A DNA stretch of 64,000 nt, from positions 2,294,001-2,358,000 of the forward strand of contig NC_081334.1 of the NCBI RefSeq assembly GCF_022539665.2, read 5' to 3'. A program made the position numbers and the translations under genes. Of this stretch, positions 1 to 14,900 are shown in pieces (position 1 is the first letter of the stretch; each line of letters begins with the position of its first letter). Source of the stretch: Daphnia carinata (taxonomy: Eukaryota). Below the pieces are notes generated by a model. That model ran no database searches, was not told where the DNA came from, and saw nothing but the letters and a program-made list of their open reading frames with translations.

Positions 1-3000
1 CACGTAAAAAGAATACGATGCACAATAACGTAACAACAAACGAGCTCTTTCGCCAAAATTAAGGCCTTCGGGGTACAGCGAAATACATATAGGTCGTATT
101 TTATATAAACACAACTGATGGAAAGTCGACGGGGGGAACTAACAAATCGGCCTCGGCGACACAGAGAAGCTTTAACGAGCAGCTACACACAAAGGCGTAG
201 AAGGACGTCGAGTGTTATGTAAATATATTTCGGTTACTCTATACACGCGTGCATTATGCGTGACAAAGGGAGACGAAGGCCAATCACTCGTGTACGGGTG
301 TACAGAGCAACGTGATTACCGTTTTCGATTACGTGTATAGTGTCGTTTCGTGTAAGACTAATTACACGTGCACAATAGATGTGCAGGTCTACATTGATCG
401 AACCCGCTCGACAGTTGGACCAGGAACCAGGCAGGCAATGCACTCATTCTCTTGTTGTTCCCTTTTATTTTTCGTCGCACACATTTTTTCCCGTCTTCTT
501 TGATTCTTTTTTAAAAATCTGTTTTCTGCTGTAACAACATTTGGTGTGGTCTTTTTCTTTTTTTTTTTTTTTTTTTTTTTTTTTTGTAAACGAAATTGGC
601 CTTTATTTACGCGTACCCGTTAAGGTTTCATCGTGGAGTGTTACTTCATCTTGGATGTGTCAAGCGCACGCAATTGTCAAACATTGATCTGGCTGGTCTT
701 TTTTTTTATTTTCCTCGCGAGGACTTGGAATCGTCGTAAACGCACAAGAAAAATGAGAAAATGTGGTCAGAAAAAAACAAAATTGCACGTATTTATACAC
801 GTTAATCACGGCGAAGCTGTGTAAATTAAACTGGGTGTTACGTAAAAGCTATATTGGCACGAAAGTCTTTTATTTTTTACGTATTTACTACGATTTACAA
901 ACAAAAAAAGCTTTTGGGAATGTTGCAATTGAAATGCGGAAAAGTTGAATCATAAAACATTTTTTAAAAAAAAATGCGCTAATCCAAAGCACATCCAGAG
1001 CAAGCAGTTGAGAGACTGTGTATTTCTGTTTTGATATCGCCCACTTTCCGCTGTTCTTTTTTTTTTTTATGTTAGTTTTTTTTTCCTACCATGTGCTATA
1101 TGGCTTGGCTTTCAGTCACGTAGCCACTTGGAAAAATAAGAGTCCTAAACGTAAATAGCATTTACATCTGGCATTGGCAGTTATTTTTCTGCAACGATTT
1201 TTAGCTTTTGCTAAGCCGTATTCATCTTGTATACACTGCTCCTCCTTTTCTTTTTCTTTTTTTCTAGAGAAAAACATCAAAATTCAAATGTCATAAACAC
1301 AAGAACTGGGGCCATCAGCCCAAAGATATACGTAACAAATAAAAAAAAAGAAAGAGGGTAAAAACAGTTACTGCGAAAGTCAATGGTGATGGAAGAGCAA
1401 AGACCAATAAAAAAAACGAGAATAAGAGCACCATCGTATAGGGCCGTGCTGACAAACGTCAATATTGATACAACGCATCAAGTTCTTGATCTTTCAGGTT
1501 GAATGTTAGCTCACAACCCTTTTTTTTTTTATTATTGTTTTCTTTCTTTTTTTGTTAGTGGTAGTTCAATCCAGCACGTTATAGCGGGACCAGAAGAGTT
1601 CAAACAACGCAGAAAATGGGATCAGACAAGACACACAGAACATCTTTAAAAAAAAAAAAAAAATGCTCCGCACACATGCACAACGAAAAACTCGCACATG
1701 TTTTTAGTTCGACGGAATTCCGTGGAATACAGATTTAAATTAAATATCGAGTTTGATTCGATAGTGCGTGTAAAAGCGCCGTGGGGATGGAGGTAGCACG
1801 ACAGGTGACATAAAAAATAGGAGGCCATTGTAATTTGGTTTATGTATGCAGCGTTGGTTGTTATATAAGCGTTTTGCAATGGCAGACATGATGACATTTG
1901 TTCTCCACTGTAGATGCCTATAAGCCTATAGGCCGCTGTACTTCTTTCTAAACGCAATTTTTAGCAGTGAAAAATAAAAAACATACACGAGCATTCTATC
2001 TCTCCTATACGTTCATTTTGCATTCATCTCCTCAAGTCAACGACTAAACGTTAAAAAAAAAAAAGCAAAATGACACGCCTAGATTTTTCGGCATCTACTT
2101 GGGCCAAAACGTTGACGGGGTTGTACAGGATCAACAGAAAACACTAAAAAAAATTTTTAAAAATAAGGAAAAAAGACGCCTAGTCTATCGGGAAATGGTA
2201 AATTCCTAATTCCCTTTTGTCGGATAGCGCCTGCTCGTTGGCTGTATACTCGACTGATGTTGTCTGATTCAGCTCGTAAGATAGGGCAATCCAATTTTGT
2301 TTAACGGGTACTTGCTGCTTCAGTGCCATGTGTGAGGCCTACATAGACGTGTATATACCGCCGCGTGAGTGCTCCGCGTGCTCTATATAGAAGCACACAC
2401 ACACCAGCGACAAGTTCTTTCGTATTCTTTTCTTTTTATTTCTTCCCATTGCGCAACACCAATACCCTATAAGACGTCCGTTTCAATTTTTTCCCGCAAA
2501 TTGCTGCCCTTACACATCCATATATATAGTACCTTTTGTACAATTGGCGATCATTCAACCACGTCTTTCGATTATTGAATTCCTTGATTTCATTGTCGAT
2601 GCGCATATAGGCAAACGCAGGGCGTCCTTTATATCTCGGCTGTTTAAAAGAGGGGAAAATATTTTCTTTTTCAAATATTTCCATTTACAAGCTCTTTCGA
2701 TTTTTTTTTTCTCAACGCGCTCCGCTTCTTTTCATGATGTAGAGTCGAGACATCTAATGGAATCCTCATTGCTGCAAGTCTCCTTCACATCCGTGCATAT
2801 GAATTTTGAAGAAAAAAGGGGGGTTAAACAAAATCGTGGCAAGAGTATTCTAATAACGTAGCGATCGATTAAATTTATTAGAATCGTTTGATGTTTAAAA
2901 AATGTGCGATCGACGGTTCATCTTTGTCTTCGTTCTTTGATCGGCCTGATTGCGCTGGTGCCATGATCGAACGATGAACGTAATCAGTTTTTTTTTTTTG

Positions 3001-6000
3001 TTGAGAATATTGATCTCTCTCGGTGACAAATTTCGTGAAATGAATTCGCGTACGTGGCTAATCCGAAAGTATGAAATGTATCATGTACAGCGCTGAATGC
3101 CGTACACTCTAAAACTCGTTATTTACAGCATATCTATACCACTCTAAAAAATGTAACGCTTACGAAAACATGTTCCCGGCTTAAAGTGTGCGTGTGGTGT
3201 TCATCCAGCGCACAAGTAAATATGACTAGTTTATTTTTATCCGCACCGGGAAACGCGTGATTATGTGTCCCTCCCGCCTAAAAACAATTTGTAACGCGAT
3301 ATCAACACAATCTCCGCCCGTTTGTCATCACCAACGCGTCTTTTCGTGGAATGAAAACGCGTGTACAATAAATGAGCTACATGACATTATAAGTAACAGC
3401 GAATTTACAGGTTCAGAGATTCTTTTTTTTTTTTTTAAATTACATGCATCTCTTTATGCTAGCCTTCGAAATGGAATGCGAAAAAGAAAAGGCTTTAATG
3501 AGTTGGGCAATAAAAAAAAAATGAACTTTAAAAAAAACATGCGAAATAGAGTGCACAGATTTATGGGCCGTGTATCGTCCGACTGTTGGCCAATTGATTG
3601 AGAATAATATCAGCCAAGCGTGACACGTTTCTAGTTTAAAAAAAAATATGGCACACATCGCGCACATGAAGCCAAAGACATTAACATACGAGCACAAAAA
3701 CGAGGAGAAAAAAACATCATTTGCGGGGTCTTTCACGGAGGCTGGAAGAAAGAGGAATGATGCTGGGCCCTGATGTTCCCCCTTTCAATGCTCATTCTCT
3801 TTGGCGCAATATTTTTCATTTGAGATTTTACGGAAAGACGTCAGTCGCCTCATAGCCTCGTCCCGTGAGCGCGTGAAAGCCACACAAGCCCCGTCGCTTT
3901 TTTTCGCATGAAAAATGGTTTATTTCAAAGCTCCCCCCTCTGCTTTTTGATTACAAAAAGAGATAATTAATAGCATCCAGTGCTCCCTCTTAAAAAATAG
4001 TCTGAACGTTAAAGTTCTCTGCGTATTAAAAGACGTTGAGATGTCCTTCCTGTTAAATCCATGTCATTTGTCGCGCAAAATGGCTACTCTCTTCTATAGA
4101 AAAAAAACGCTAATGAATCGTAATACCCGAAAGGACAAATCCTCAGCCCCCCCCCCTCCCCCAAAAAGAATGGCTGAATTGAGAAACGATATGAATAAAA
4201 ATAAATAATCCGATTTCAGAATCCACTGGTCGAATGTTCACGACATCTGTATGCGATGCGCCATCGCTAACATCGACGGACAAGGTAATCAAAATCGACT
4301 GAATTACGGTCTATAGATTAAAAAAAGAAGAAAAAGGAGGGAGAAAAATGACTTGGACGAGGACAACAGAAATAAATAAAAAAAACTAATTGGATAAAAG
4401 ACTCTGTCGTTGTTGCGGGCGCAGATGATGAAGACCGAGAACAGACAGCAAATTATATTCGGTCTTGATCTGTTCCATATCTCCACCCTCGTTCCTAATC
4501 GACTGAGTTGGGGCCACGAAATGATGATGGTAGTCATGTTCATGATGATGTTGATTGCTCTGGGACATGGCGATGATGGAGTTGTGCCTGTTTTCAATAT
4601 ATATATGTATAGCGTACGGCCGCGTGTGTCTAAGCTAACGTAGCAGATGATGGGAACACGTATGTGTAGCTTTCTTTTCTTTTTTGGCATGTGCGCGAAA
4701 CATGCGGAAACATTATGGCGTCCATTAGAGACAAGTCTGGAACGGCGCCTCATCATTACCGCATGTGCCTCGATTGTCTTCGTCATAGTCATCGCCGATA
4801 TCGGTCTATAAAATTCTAGATTCAATATGGGAATTTTGAGTCTCTATGTTCGGTTCAACTTGAATGTTTTCCCTATAATCTGTGAATAGATAAAAGGCAA
4901 AACATCCATCTGTTTTTCTTTCTTTTTTTTTGCTTTCAACGTAGATATCAATAGGTAGATCCACTGAACATTATTTTTCAAGTCGTTCCATCAGCCATAT
5001 AGCCTTCTGTAAATGATTGTGTTTAATACCCAGCGATTACTACTGCGAAAAAAAATGGCATTTAGAGTAGATGTACTATTATAGCTACTAGCTATTATAG
5101 GCTGTTGGTCGCCACAGATTACAGCGGCAAAACTGATTAGCACTTCAAACGTTAACCCAAAATAATGTAACTTTTAAAAAACGTTTCATCTTGTTTCACC
5201 GTAATGCAAAATGGAAAAAAATGAAACGCTATAACATATACAGGTCATTCTATATGGGACTGCCATAAAATAAAAGCTTATTTCGTTTGGATGTGTGTAT
5301 GTAGTGTATGGGTGTTGGCAGGAAAGAAACTCGTTTCACAGCTTATCTCCGTCCAGTGTTTGTTTGTTTTTTATTTGTTTTTGTTTTTTTTTTCCATCGA
5401 AGAAAAGTTCACTGCATCCTCGATGGAATCCAAGTATTTATGTGGCGGGCGGCTGTTGTGGAATTGGCATCTGCCTCGCTGGAACGTGACAGAATCACGA
5501 TTGCTTGAAATATACGTTCAGAGCACATCCGATCCTATTTGCTGGCCTCGCCCTCCTACCATTTCGAAATTCTTTATTCCATCAAAACTTGTATCAACAT
5601 ATAACAGCACAATGCATATTTCCAAGATGGACCAAACCTATCGAATTTCGTATAATATTTCTTTATTTTTGTTTGACATAAAAATCGAATAGAAAGTAAA
5701 TCGAGTGGATGGCAAACGAGACAATAACCTGTGCCCTGAAAGTCAATACTTGTCTACTTGTATCTAGGCTACCCCCAATTGAAATCGTGATTAGATTACA
5801 CATAGCAAAGGGTATCCGTATATGATGCCTTCCCAAATTCGATTTTATCTATTATTTTTCCTTATTTTGTTAAAAACGAAAAAAAAAAAAAGAAAATAAA
5901 ACAAATAAAATGGAAGGAAAAGATGACTGTTAACGGACTCAAAAGTCTCGGACGCAATACAACACGCTCGGCTGAACTGGAATCAAATGTCAGTTGAAAT

Positions 6001-7316
6001 GGCGGAGTCATTCCGTGACGTCTTGATTTAACCGAGAACCCTTCCTTATATTCAAAACATTCGCCTCGTGTGTGTGTCCAACGTGTGCGCCCAACACTAG
6101 ACGTACATCATCAATCGATCTCTTTTGATTTGGCTGTCATCTGTAGAGTACAAAACAGCTATAACCTACAACGCAAAAAAACAAACAAAAAATCTAGCGT
6201 GGATATTTGTTTTTTTCCAAATCATATTTGGCCATGCCTTTGCCCAGCCATCGCTCTTTGTTCAGCCGAGTTTGAAGCATTTTGTTTTTTTCTTTTCAAT
6301 TGCACGCCTTTACACGACCCAATTAGCACATCACCAAGAGCTGCCGAAATTCTATTTGATTTTGACATAAAACAAACGCCCCCCGTTCCATTTGTGTATA
6401 GGTTCTTGAGGTATATACGTCTTTTTAGTCATGTAGAGCATAGGCTGCTTGTTGATTACTTTTTAATGAAGGATTCTACACTTTTAGATTTTTTTTTCAT
6501 TAGAGCGCATTCGTAATCGAAGCTTTTTCTTTCCCGTCTTTCGCCTTTGACATTAATTCCGTGTAATCAGCGAGAAAACAAGAATCTAGGACGGTTAAAA
6601 AAAAAAGGGGGAAGTCAAAATGCCGTTGCGAGATTGATTTGAAATCCGATTACGATTCACATCCTTTGACCGCTTTCATCTTGTACGTTCTTCCTCGTAC
6701 GACTTTCGCTTTCGACGATGGTCGATCTTCTTATCAAATCGCCTCTTCACATGCAATTTTTTTGCTTGTTTTAAACCTCGTCATCATCGCCCGTTTCCCG
6801 ACAGTTTACGCAGTTCATTACGAATGGCAATGTTCCCTTAAATGAGCTGAACAAGAAGCAGCGCGTTGCCCAACGATTGAACTTGCACGAGAAGAAGTCA
6901 TGGAAATACGTACTGAACCAACCGGTTTGAAAACAAGTACGTGCAAATGACGATATTTAATCGCACTGTTGTTCCAAACATGAATCGCACTATTCGTTCA
7001 ACAAGCGCATACATTCGGAGCGCGTTGGCCGACGATTTAATTATCAGCGTTAAAATTAGAATGAAAATGTCATCGCCCACGGTTTTCACCTTCTCCAGAT
7101 ATTGTTGCTATTTTCAGCAAGAAATCTCGCCATTATGTGCGATAAAACCATAGAATAACAGTGGCGCTAAGTTTTTGTTGCAATTAGTTTCCACTGCGCA
7201 TTTGGCGTGACGCTTCCCATGTAAAAACGGGCAAAAAGCCAAAACACCCGATAACAAAAGGATACATCGTCTAGTTATTGAGCAATCACGTGAAAAAAAA
7301 AAAAAATGAAGCTAAC

Positions 7317-7853
7317 CTGGTAACGGAGCGTTCCCCATGGCCGCGACTCATCGTACTAATGACGACAATGTTGCCGGCAAGACCGATCACGAAAGTGATG
7401 ACATGTGTCAGAACAATCGGCACGAAATTGGGATTGTTCTTCCACGGCAGCAACATTTCTTCGGCGTTCTCCATGAAAATCAGCGAATGAGAACCCGACA
7501 ATTCACCTACATTTCATTCCAAAAAGTTGTTTTTTTTCAATCATATTTGTTTTAATTAATTTCATTTCCAAATATCACACACCAGTCAGCGATTTTCCAT
7601 CCTTATTTCTCCTAAGCGATTCCTCTTTTTATTTTGAATATAATCTTACAAGAGGCAGGAAAAAAACAAAAACAAAAACGAATGGGGACCACTCGAAAAG
7701 ATTGGACTTACCTAACAACGATTCGATCGGACTTGGAGAACGGTTGCTGCTGGTGTTGATGTTAACCAATTCATCCTCCGTGGACACATCCAGCGGATAA
7801 ATGTCTAAGCCGTGCCAGTTAATGTCCGACATGTTTTGCGCTTCATCCGACAT
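7317..7853 (-). CDS. Class A (rhodopsin-like, probably peptide-type) GPCR, first two coding exons (7853-7712, 7506-7317); rest of gene not located, probably beyond window start
   Basis: Exons joined in phase by GTAAGT..GTAG give MSDEAQNMSD...NTSS...LPWKNNPNFVPIVLTHVITFVIGLAGNIVVISTMSRGHGERSVTR: N-glycosylation sequons, TM1 with the GN(1.50) motif and an ICL1-like RSVT; GTTAGC donor follows. Confidence 0.8.
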
Positions 7854-10800
7854 TTTCTCTTTCTTTTTTAACCTCCGTTCGGATCGCAAAAAAATTAACT
7901 CTTTGTTCACTCAGCTTGGTAATCTTGATTTGTTCGAATTTGTTTCAAAACTCATTTCAAACAAAGTCCCCTAAAAAAAAAAACGCGAGCCGAAATGATT
8001 CGTTTTTTTTACATCCACTGTCAATTAGACACTTCAATTCCCTTTTTTTTTTTTTTTTCGTCAACAAGTACGTAGAAATTGTATGCGTGCGTGTGATCCT
8101 TTTCGTGTTGAACAAGCCGAGATGAAAAAAAAAAATAAAATACTGGACAAACAACGACGTCGACGAGTCTCGTTGCCGCGATCAAAGCGAATGGCGTGCA
8201 AAAGCACCGATCTCGTCACTTCGGTCCCATTTTTTTTGGACGCTGTGCTTTCTTCTTTGTTTGTGTGTCTTGCCGTGCACGTCTCGCAGTGCATACAATT
8301 TTTCCTTTTTTTTTCCGCCCTGTCTACAGCCCGTGTAGCTCCTGGAGCACATGCGCTTACCAGCGATGCACGAGGCAGGCACTCAGTCCAGCTTAGCTCG
8401 TGCGCATCGACTCCCTTCCCGTTTCCAATTGGGTTAACCTCATCTGATGGGAAAAAGAAAAACAGGCAAAAGAAAATACGGAGGGAAAGCGAAAGAAAAC
8501 TCACGGAGAATAGAGAGATGTATGGTTGACTTTGACAACCGATGAATTATATCCAAATATACGGAGAGGGGCTTTCATCATTTGTTTTTCATTTTAGCGC
8601 AACCAAGTGCGATAAATGCCTTCAGAGTAATTGAATCCAACTGCCAAAACGTGAATGTGAAAAAAAAAAAAGCAAAAACAAATCCATTTGTTGCGCTTTC
8701 TCGAACGGGATAATTAATTGAATTGAATCAATTGTTTGATTGTATTTGTGTGTGCGGGGTTGCTGTGATTTGAAACGGTCACGGTGGAACGACATGAATG
8801 GACGTCACATTTATATGCCAGTCTCGTTTATTGCTCTTGTTATCTAAATGAGGACGTATGAAATAAAATGTTTTCATTATCAAATTTTTTGTATATGTAT
8901 ATATATCAACTGGGAAGGGGGAGGAGGTTATATACAAATCAATACAACATGCTTGAGAAGAATAAACTGGAAATGGAGAAGGCCGTTTCGCAGATGCAAC
9001 CGTGGAAATTGGAACGGGTGCTCCAGCACATCCGCGCTATAAATATTGACTCGGAACCTCTATCTACACTTTTTGAGGGGAGTGAAAAACTAATTGAATA
9101 AAAACCCGCCTGGGTCACAACTGAAGTATATATCGAAACAGATCTAGTGGGACGTTTGAAAAAATGTCCTTTTATATACAGGCTGGTCACAGATTTCTCA
9201 GGTGCATGTGTTCCCATGCTCTGCGAAGCAAATGGGTACACGTTAATAACAGTTGGTCACACGGTACCAGTTGCTCTTATCCGATACGCTGATTGATTCA
9301 ACATAATCTGCATCACATAGCAATGCGTAATTCTGGTTGGGTATGGAACACGACCGACAGGTTCATTTTTCCTTGGGAACGAACGTACGTACAAAATTCG
9401 GTTTAAATTAGCAACGGCCGGAATATTACGCTCGGTTAAAAGCCCCAGTCATTGGACTCGTATAATGACACGTAAATTGCACACGTGCCTAACAGTTTTG
9501 CAAATTCTAAAATGGAAACGTGTTGGGGTCAGTTAAGTTTGAAGTTTAAGTCGACTTACCTTTAGGCTACATATCCATTTGAATCGTAGCAAAAACGGCG
9601 GAATAAATCAAGCTCATATGCGCTTCTTAGTGAAACGTAAACAATTCAACGAGATTTCTAATCATTTGCTACAGATGCATTGGACAGTGAGTATTCATAC
9701 TTTTAATTAAATCAAGAAATAAAACCCTTTCTGCAAAAGTTTCGCCCGTTTTCATTCGTATAAATGTCTGTTGAAAATGATTCTTTTCACGGACTTCTCT
9801 ATCACATTAGTCCGAAAGCAGAACGATCTTTTTTTGTGTGTGTGTTGCTGACTATCTTCACAACGAAATTCAAGAGGAATTGAGTGAACACGGACAAAAG
9901 AATTTGTACAGAAATCCGTTTTACTTCAAACAAAGAAATAAAAAAGAATTTTAGATTGTGTGACGAAAAGACTGGCCGTGCATCATAATACTAAACATGC
10001 TCTTTGATTTCTAAAGAAGAAAGTAAAAGGGAACTATAAAAAGACGCTGCTTTCGGGTTCATCTAGTCTTCATTTCAATTCCATTGGCTTGCCACTGTAT
10101 ATTCCAATCTCTGTTCTCATTCCCATCTCGGCGTTCATTCGACCGTGAGCAACGCGTGAAAATGCTTCTGTATACAACCACCCCGGCTAAATAGCTCCCA
10201 CTCCGCGTATACACATCCACATCTAATTTTCTATTCCAAGTTTTCAAGTCGACTGGATTTGGTCGAAGAGCGGGAAAAGGCGATGTAGGCAAAGTTCCAG
10301 CGTGTCGGCTGGACTTGCTTATTATCTGGAACAAATACAGAAGAGACACACACAGACAAAAAGAGGCTGTCTGACTGTCGGCCGGACTAGGAGATTGACA
10401 CGCAAGACGGCATTCTCATTTCTCAAATGGGAAGCAAAAGAAAAGAAAAAAAATAGGGGATTGAGCGTGATAGAGATGCAGTGCTCTACGGTGTCGAAAA
10501 CGGAGGGGGTCAAATACTATAAAACAACGAAAAAGGGGGAAAAACAAAAATAATCATCGAGCTTTAATCAAAAGAATTTCGTCTCCGAGTCGGGCAAAGG
10601 GAGACGGAAAAGAATCAGAAGAATGGGCAGTAGGAAGTGCAGTTCTCTTTCCTTTTCATATATACAGTATATATATATACAAGACCTATTGGCAAGGGGA
10701 GGGGAATGGGAGAGAACATGATCGCTCTCCAAATAAGTCTCTCCATAATGGATGGTACACATATACCGTAGGAACTCTTCGTTCAACATTTGTCTTTCTT

Positions 10801-10914
10801 ACATTCTGCTTCGTCTTTCGCGCTTTATTTCCATCATATAGTCTGCCAAAACAAACGGGGTGGACCGACCTTCAAAAGAAAGAACACGATTTTTCGCAAT
10901 TTTTTTTTAATAAT

Positions 10915-11915
10915 AAAACAGCCTTTCAGAAGATTGAATGGGGTATTATCGACATGATATCTTCAGTCGGTGATGCATGTAATCGTATCATCATCATTTA
11001 AGACTGAGCGTGGAATTGAACATCGATTCTTCAATTCGTTTTGACTTGCCAATCCGCACTCACTACTCACTGCACAAGTTTGGACGTGTTACATTACTTT
11101 CTGTTTGCATATTTTAAAAACATCGTCAGTCATGCTTCTTTTTTAAACAGTCACACAATGACAAAATGTCTATCTGTCCAGTCAGGGTTTGATTCGGTGA
11201 GACTACGATTATCATCATTGTCTTACAGTGTGGTGCATGAGTACTCATCATTTAGGACATTTCATGTATTTGAACGCTTCATTGTCGTGCATTCGTTCAA
11301 GCGCTGTAACCATATGACCGATTCGGTACATGACAACATGACAAGAAGTGGGACATAAGCTTTACGAATAGTCTCTCCATATAGTACGAGATAGCACATA
11401 TTACGCTGGGAACTCTTCCAACATTTTACTTGCCCTAGAAACATTACACAGGGGAAAAAATTCGGAAAAAACCTTTAAATAAATAGCCTATATCAGAAGA
11501 TTAGGTGGTATGTTTTCGACATGATATCTTCCATTGGTAGTGCATGTTAACAAATCATCATCATTTTAGGCTTAATCGAGTATCGAACACTCATCCTCCG
11601 ATTAAACACTTCTTACGAAGCGAAATCGCTGACCACTACACCAACAAGCTTATGTTCCCAACGTCTATTAACGATGTAAATCCATATAATTACGTCATAC
11701 TTATTTAAATCAAATTCTTGCATTCAATATGGAGAAAAAATTTTATTTAGCGTCCAATCAGGGTTTGTTTGATTCGGTAGGGTTTGTGTTATCGACATTG
11801 TCTTTCAGAATGGTGTATGACATGACTCATCATATTGGACTGACTCGGGACTTGAACACTCAAGCTCCGTTTCTCCAGGCGAGCGCGATAACCACACTGC
11901 CACAGAGATGCACTA
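10915..11915 (-). repeat. About four diverged tandem copies of a tRNA-derived (A-box/B-box) repeat
   Basis: Recurrent block atcgacat..tctt..tgcatg..tcatcatttaggact near 10945, 11210, 11515 and 11790. Minus strand shows TGGCAGTGTGG..GTTCAAGTC (11845-11905) and TGGTGTAGTGG..GTTCGATAC (11575-11645); no intact cloverleaf. Confidence 0.55.
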
Positions 11916-14900
11916 AAACTTAACAAAGCATGGGATAAGCACAGTTTTATAGGACGACTTTTGTACGTGTATCTTTTCATCGTATTAAAGCTGTTGATAT
12001 TGTTAAAAAAGTGAATAAATTCAAAAATTATAATTGATGTCATTATTATTACTTGTGTACCCCATTAAAACATGAACATTTATCCTGTATATTCTCGCTT
12101 AAGAGCTAAAATCACGTGACCTACATGATCAATATAACTTAGCCATGCAACGAAGCAACTATGGCTCACGAAAATGCATCTTTTGAAGCAGATACACACA
12201 GACAACAAAAAAGAAAATCTGAATTAAACCCGTTTCTTCAGCAGTGGATCATAAGCCAAATAAAAAATCTGCATGCACATTTTAACGACACCCCCCCCCC
12301 TTTTTTTTTTTCTCTTTCGACCCACGCCCTTTCTTCTTTCCCTATTTATTATTTCGTAATGGTTTTTTACGTTAAAAAAAATCTACTCCTGTTGATTGTA
12401 GTGTACAGCGTATATGCATTTTCAGACGGCGCTTTCTCTTTCCGTTCTCCGAAGAGTGTTTCATACCGCCTACGGTCAACCGGAGACACGACAATGGAAA
12501 TTAACGACCGTAAAAGAAAATGTTGCTTCACCAAAATTCTTATAAAGTCACGCAAAGAGGGGAAGGGTAGGGGAAAAAAAAGGGAAGGTTGGGTTGACAG
12601 TTGAAAGGCGGCAACCCTGTGTGCGGGTCTTCCCCCTTATCGGGAGTCTGCCATCATTAATACCCATCACGCTCGTATGGCTGATATAGCTTTCAGAATC
12701 TAGCAAAAAAAAAAAAATAAGGAGGAGGAAGAACAAGACAACAAAAATGAAAGAAACAAAAAGCACATTGGGGATTTACGTCACAAGGGTAAAAAAAATA
12801 TGGCTCTTCCCTTTGTTGTTGATGGCGTCCTTTTATAGCAAGAAGCCATTGTATACACGAATGATGCATTTATTTGATGAGAAGGTGACAGTGATGAAGC
12901 ATATTGTGACACAACGAGATATAAAAAAAAACATCCGAGTTTTGGAATTTCGGAGATGCGATGTGCCATCGAGATCGCGACAGATGCGAGATATCAATTC
13001 CCTGTATAGATTAAAAGCGCCATTGTCTTGTAAGAACAAGCATATCACTCTGTATTCCTAACTTTCGTTTTGTTCTGTTTCCATCTCTTTGACACTTATC
13101 GCTTTTCATTACAATTTGCCCAGCCATTGATAGGCCATTCGCAAATTCACATGTCAAATGAAAAATGCTATGGTTCTTGTACCCTAATGACGGGGTTGCC
13201 AGTCGTCACCATAATGCAAAATAATACAAACATTTGCCAGTTTTCGCACACTCGAGTGCGAGAAAATCCATTAACACAACACTATTTCTCGTCCGTTTAC
13301 AGCGAAGCAAAATAAACACGGCACATGGTACATATTTAAAGAGTTTAGCCACAAGAAAATGGCTGCAACATGTCGGCTGAAAGAGCCTTCTCTTTTCAAA
13401 TGACAACGACTTTATCCAACAGCTCGGCATTCGAAGCAAATTACTCTACGTACATGCATCCATCCCATCCTGTTTCATTTGCACGTTACAGCGACAACAT
13501 GTGCCACGTCGTTCAAGTGCTCCTTCCTCTCCCGCGACCTCCCTTGTGTGCCTTGTGCTATTTCTTTCCTGTAGTAAGGCACTGTATATAGTTTCTCCTT
13601 TCTTGACAGCCTCTGCATGTATAGGCATCCGGTAACGCTGAGCTGTCCGCTAATAAACTCCATCTAAAGCTATTATCTCTGCATGTCTGATGCTTTCGTA
13701 AATAAAGACGATATCCGGCTTAAAAGTACAGCACCTTATTCTCGTGTAATCTTATATTGCAAAACGATCCACCATTTTCTCCCCCTAAAAAAATAGTTCG
13801 AGTTATTGACGTGACGACTGTCGACAACTCGCTAAACAAGTTTTCCCCTTTTGCTTTGTTTTTTTTCCTTTTCGTATGTAATTGACGATGGGCCGAGGTG
13901 GAGAGAGACAGTGGCGGAAGAAGCGCCGGATGTTGCTAGCGAGACTTGGAAGTTTATACACGAAAGATTGCACCCGTCACAAGTCAAGGCATTTCCTAAA
14001 TACATTTCCCTTTGAATTTTTGCGTTCAAAATGCAGTGTGTTTTTTTTTATATCATCTAATCGAGGAGTCCAAATCATAATTAAGCACTAGGTGTGTATA
14101 TTAGACAGAACACTCATTGATATATCCAACCACCTTACCTGCACGAGGAGATGTCCGGAGATGCCTATATGATTCATGAAAATTAATTTATAATTTACAA
14201 CCTTTTTTTCTTTGACCCATTACGGGGCTATGTATACTGCTACCTGTATATCAACGACGTGCCAGAGGGCGGAAGACGGATATAGTTTCCAGCATTGCAT
14301 ACGAAGGCTCAAAGGGAAAAAGGATAATATGTGACGTGGTTCGTCCGTAATTATTGCAGCTGTATGCTGCCCTTTTCAGAAATGGGCCTCTATATTATAT
14401 TCAACGTAAATAACTGATGAAAGGACTACACATAATAGTGAGTGTCTTTTTTGTTGTTGTTGCGAACATAGTCTGCATGTACAGACAAGATCTATAATGA
14501 ACGGAAGACGTTCTGACGGGAGAGCTTCAAGACCGACATTTTCTTTAATTTATTTCTCTAGCTTTTCCTTTGAGTTTGATTGCCAGTCGGCTAACCCTAT
14601 AACAGCCATTAAAGGCCTGTATAGGAACATCGGGAAAGGAAGTCACGCACAAGTACGTTCATCATATTAGCGTGCAAAGATTCGCGACGCAGAACGTAGG
14701 CATGCGTCATTCTTCCCGTTCGATACGTAAGTGGTAATATTGGACATCTATAAATAGCCTATAATCTGACATTGCAGCCGTGAGGAGGGAAAAATATTTC
14801 GTTACGTCCGTCGGCCGCTCTCACGCAGATAAGGAAGTGAAAAAAACAGGATGAGAAAAGAACCTTGTTACTGTTAAACGTTCGTGACAAACGGAAGAGC

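Noticed and set aside
1..7300. Short hydrophobic ORFs (e.g. 1277-1462, 4304-4825) as downstream GPCR exons
   Set aside because: No TM2 LAxxD, DRY or NPxxY motif with usable splice sites; the hydrophobicity comes from T-runs.
8868..9101. Protein-looking ORF MLEKNKLEMEKAVSQMQPWKLERV..
   Set aside because: No recognisable motif, splice context or promoter; cannot support.
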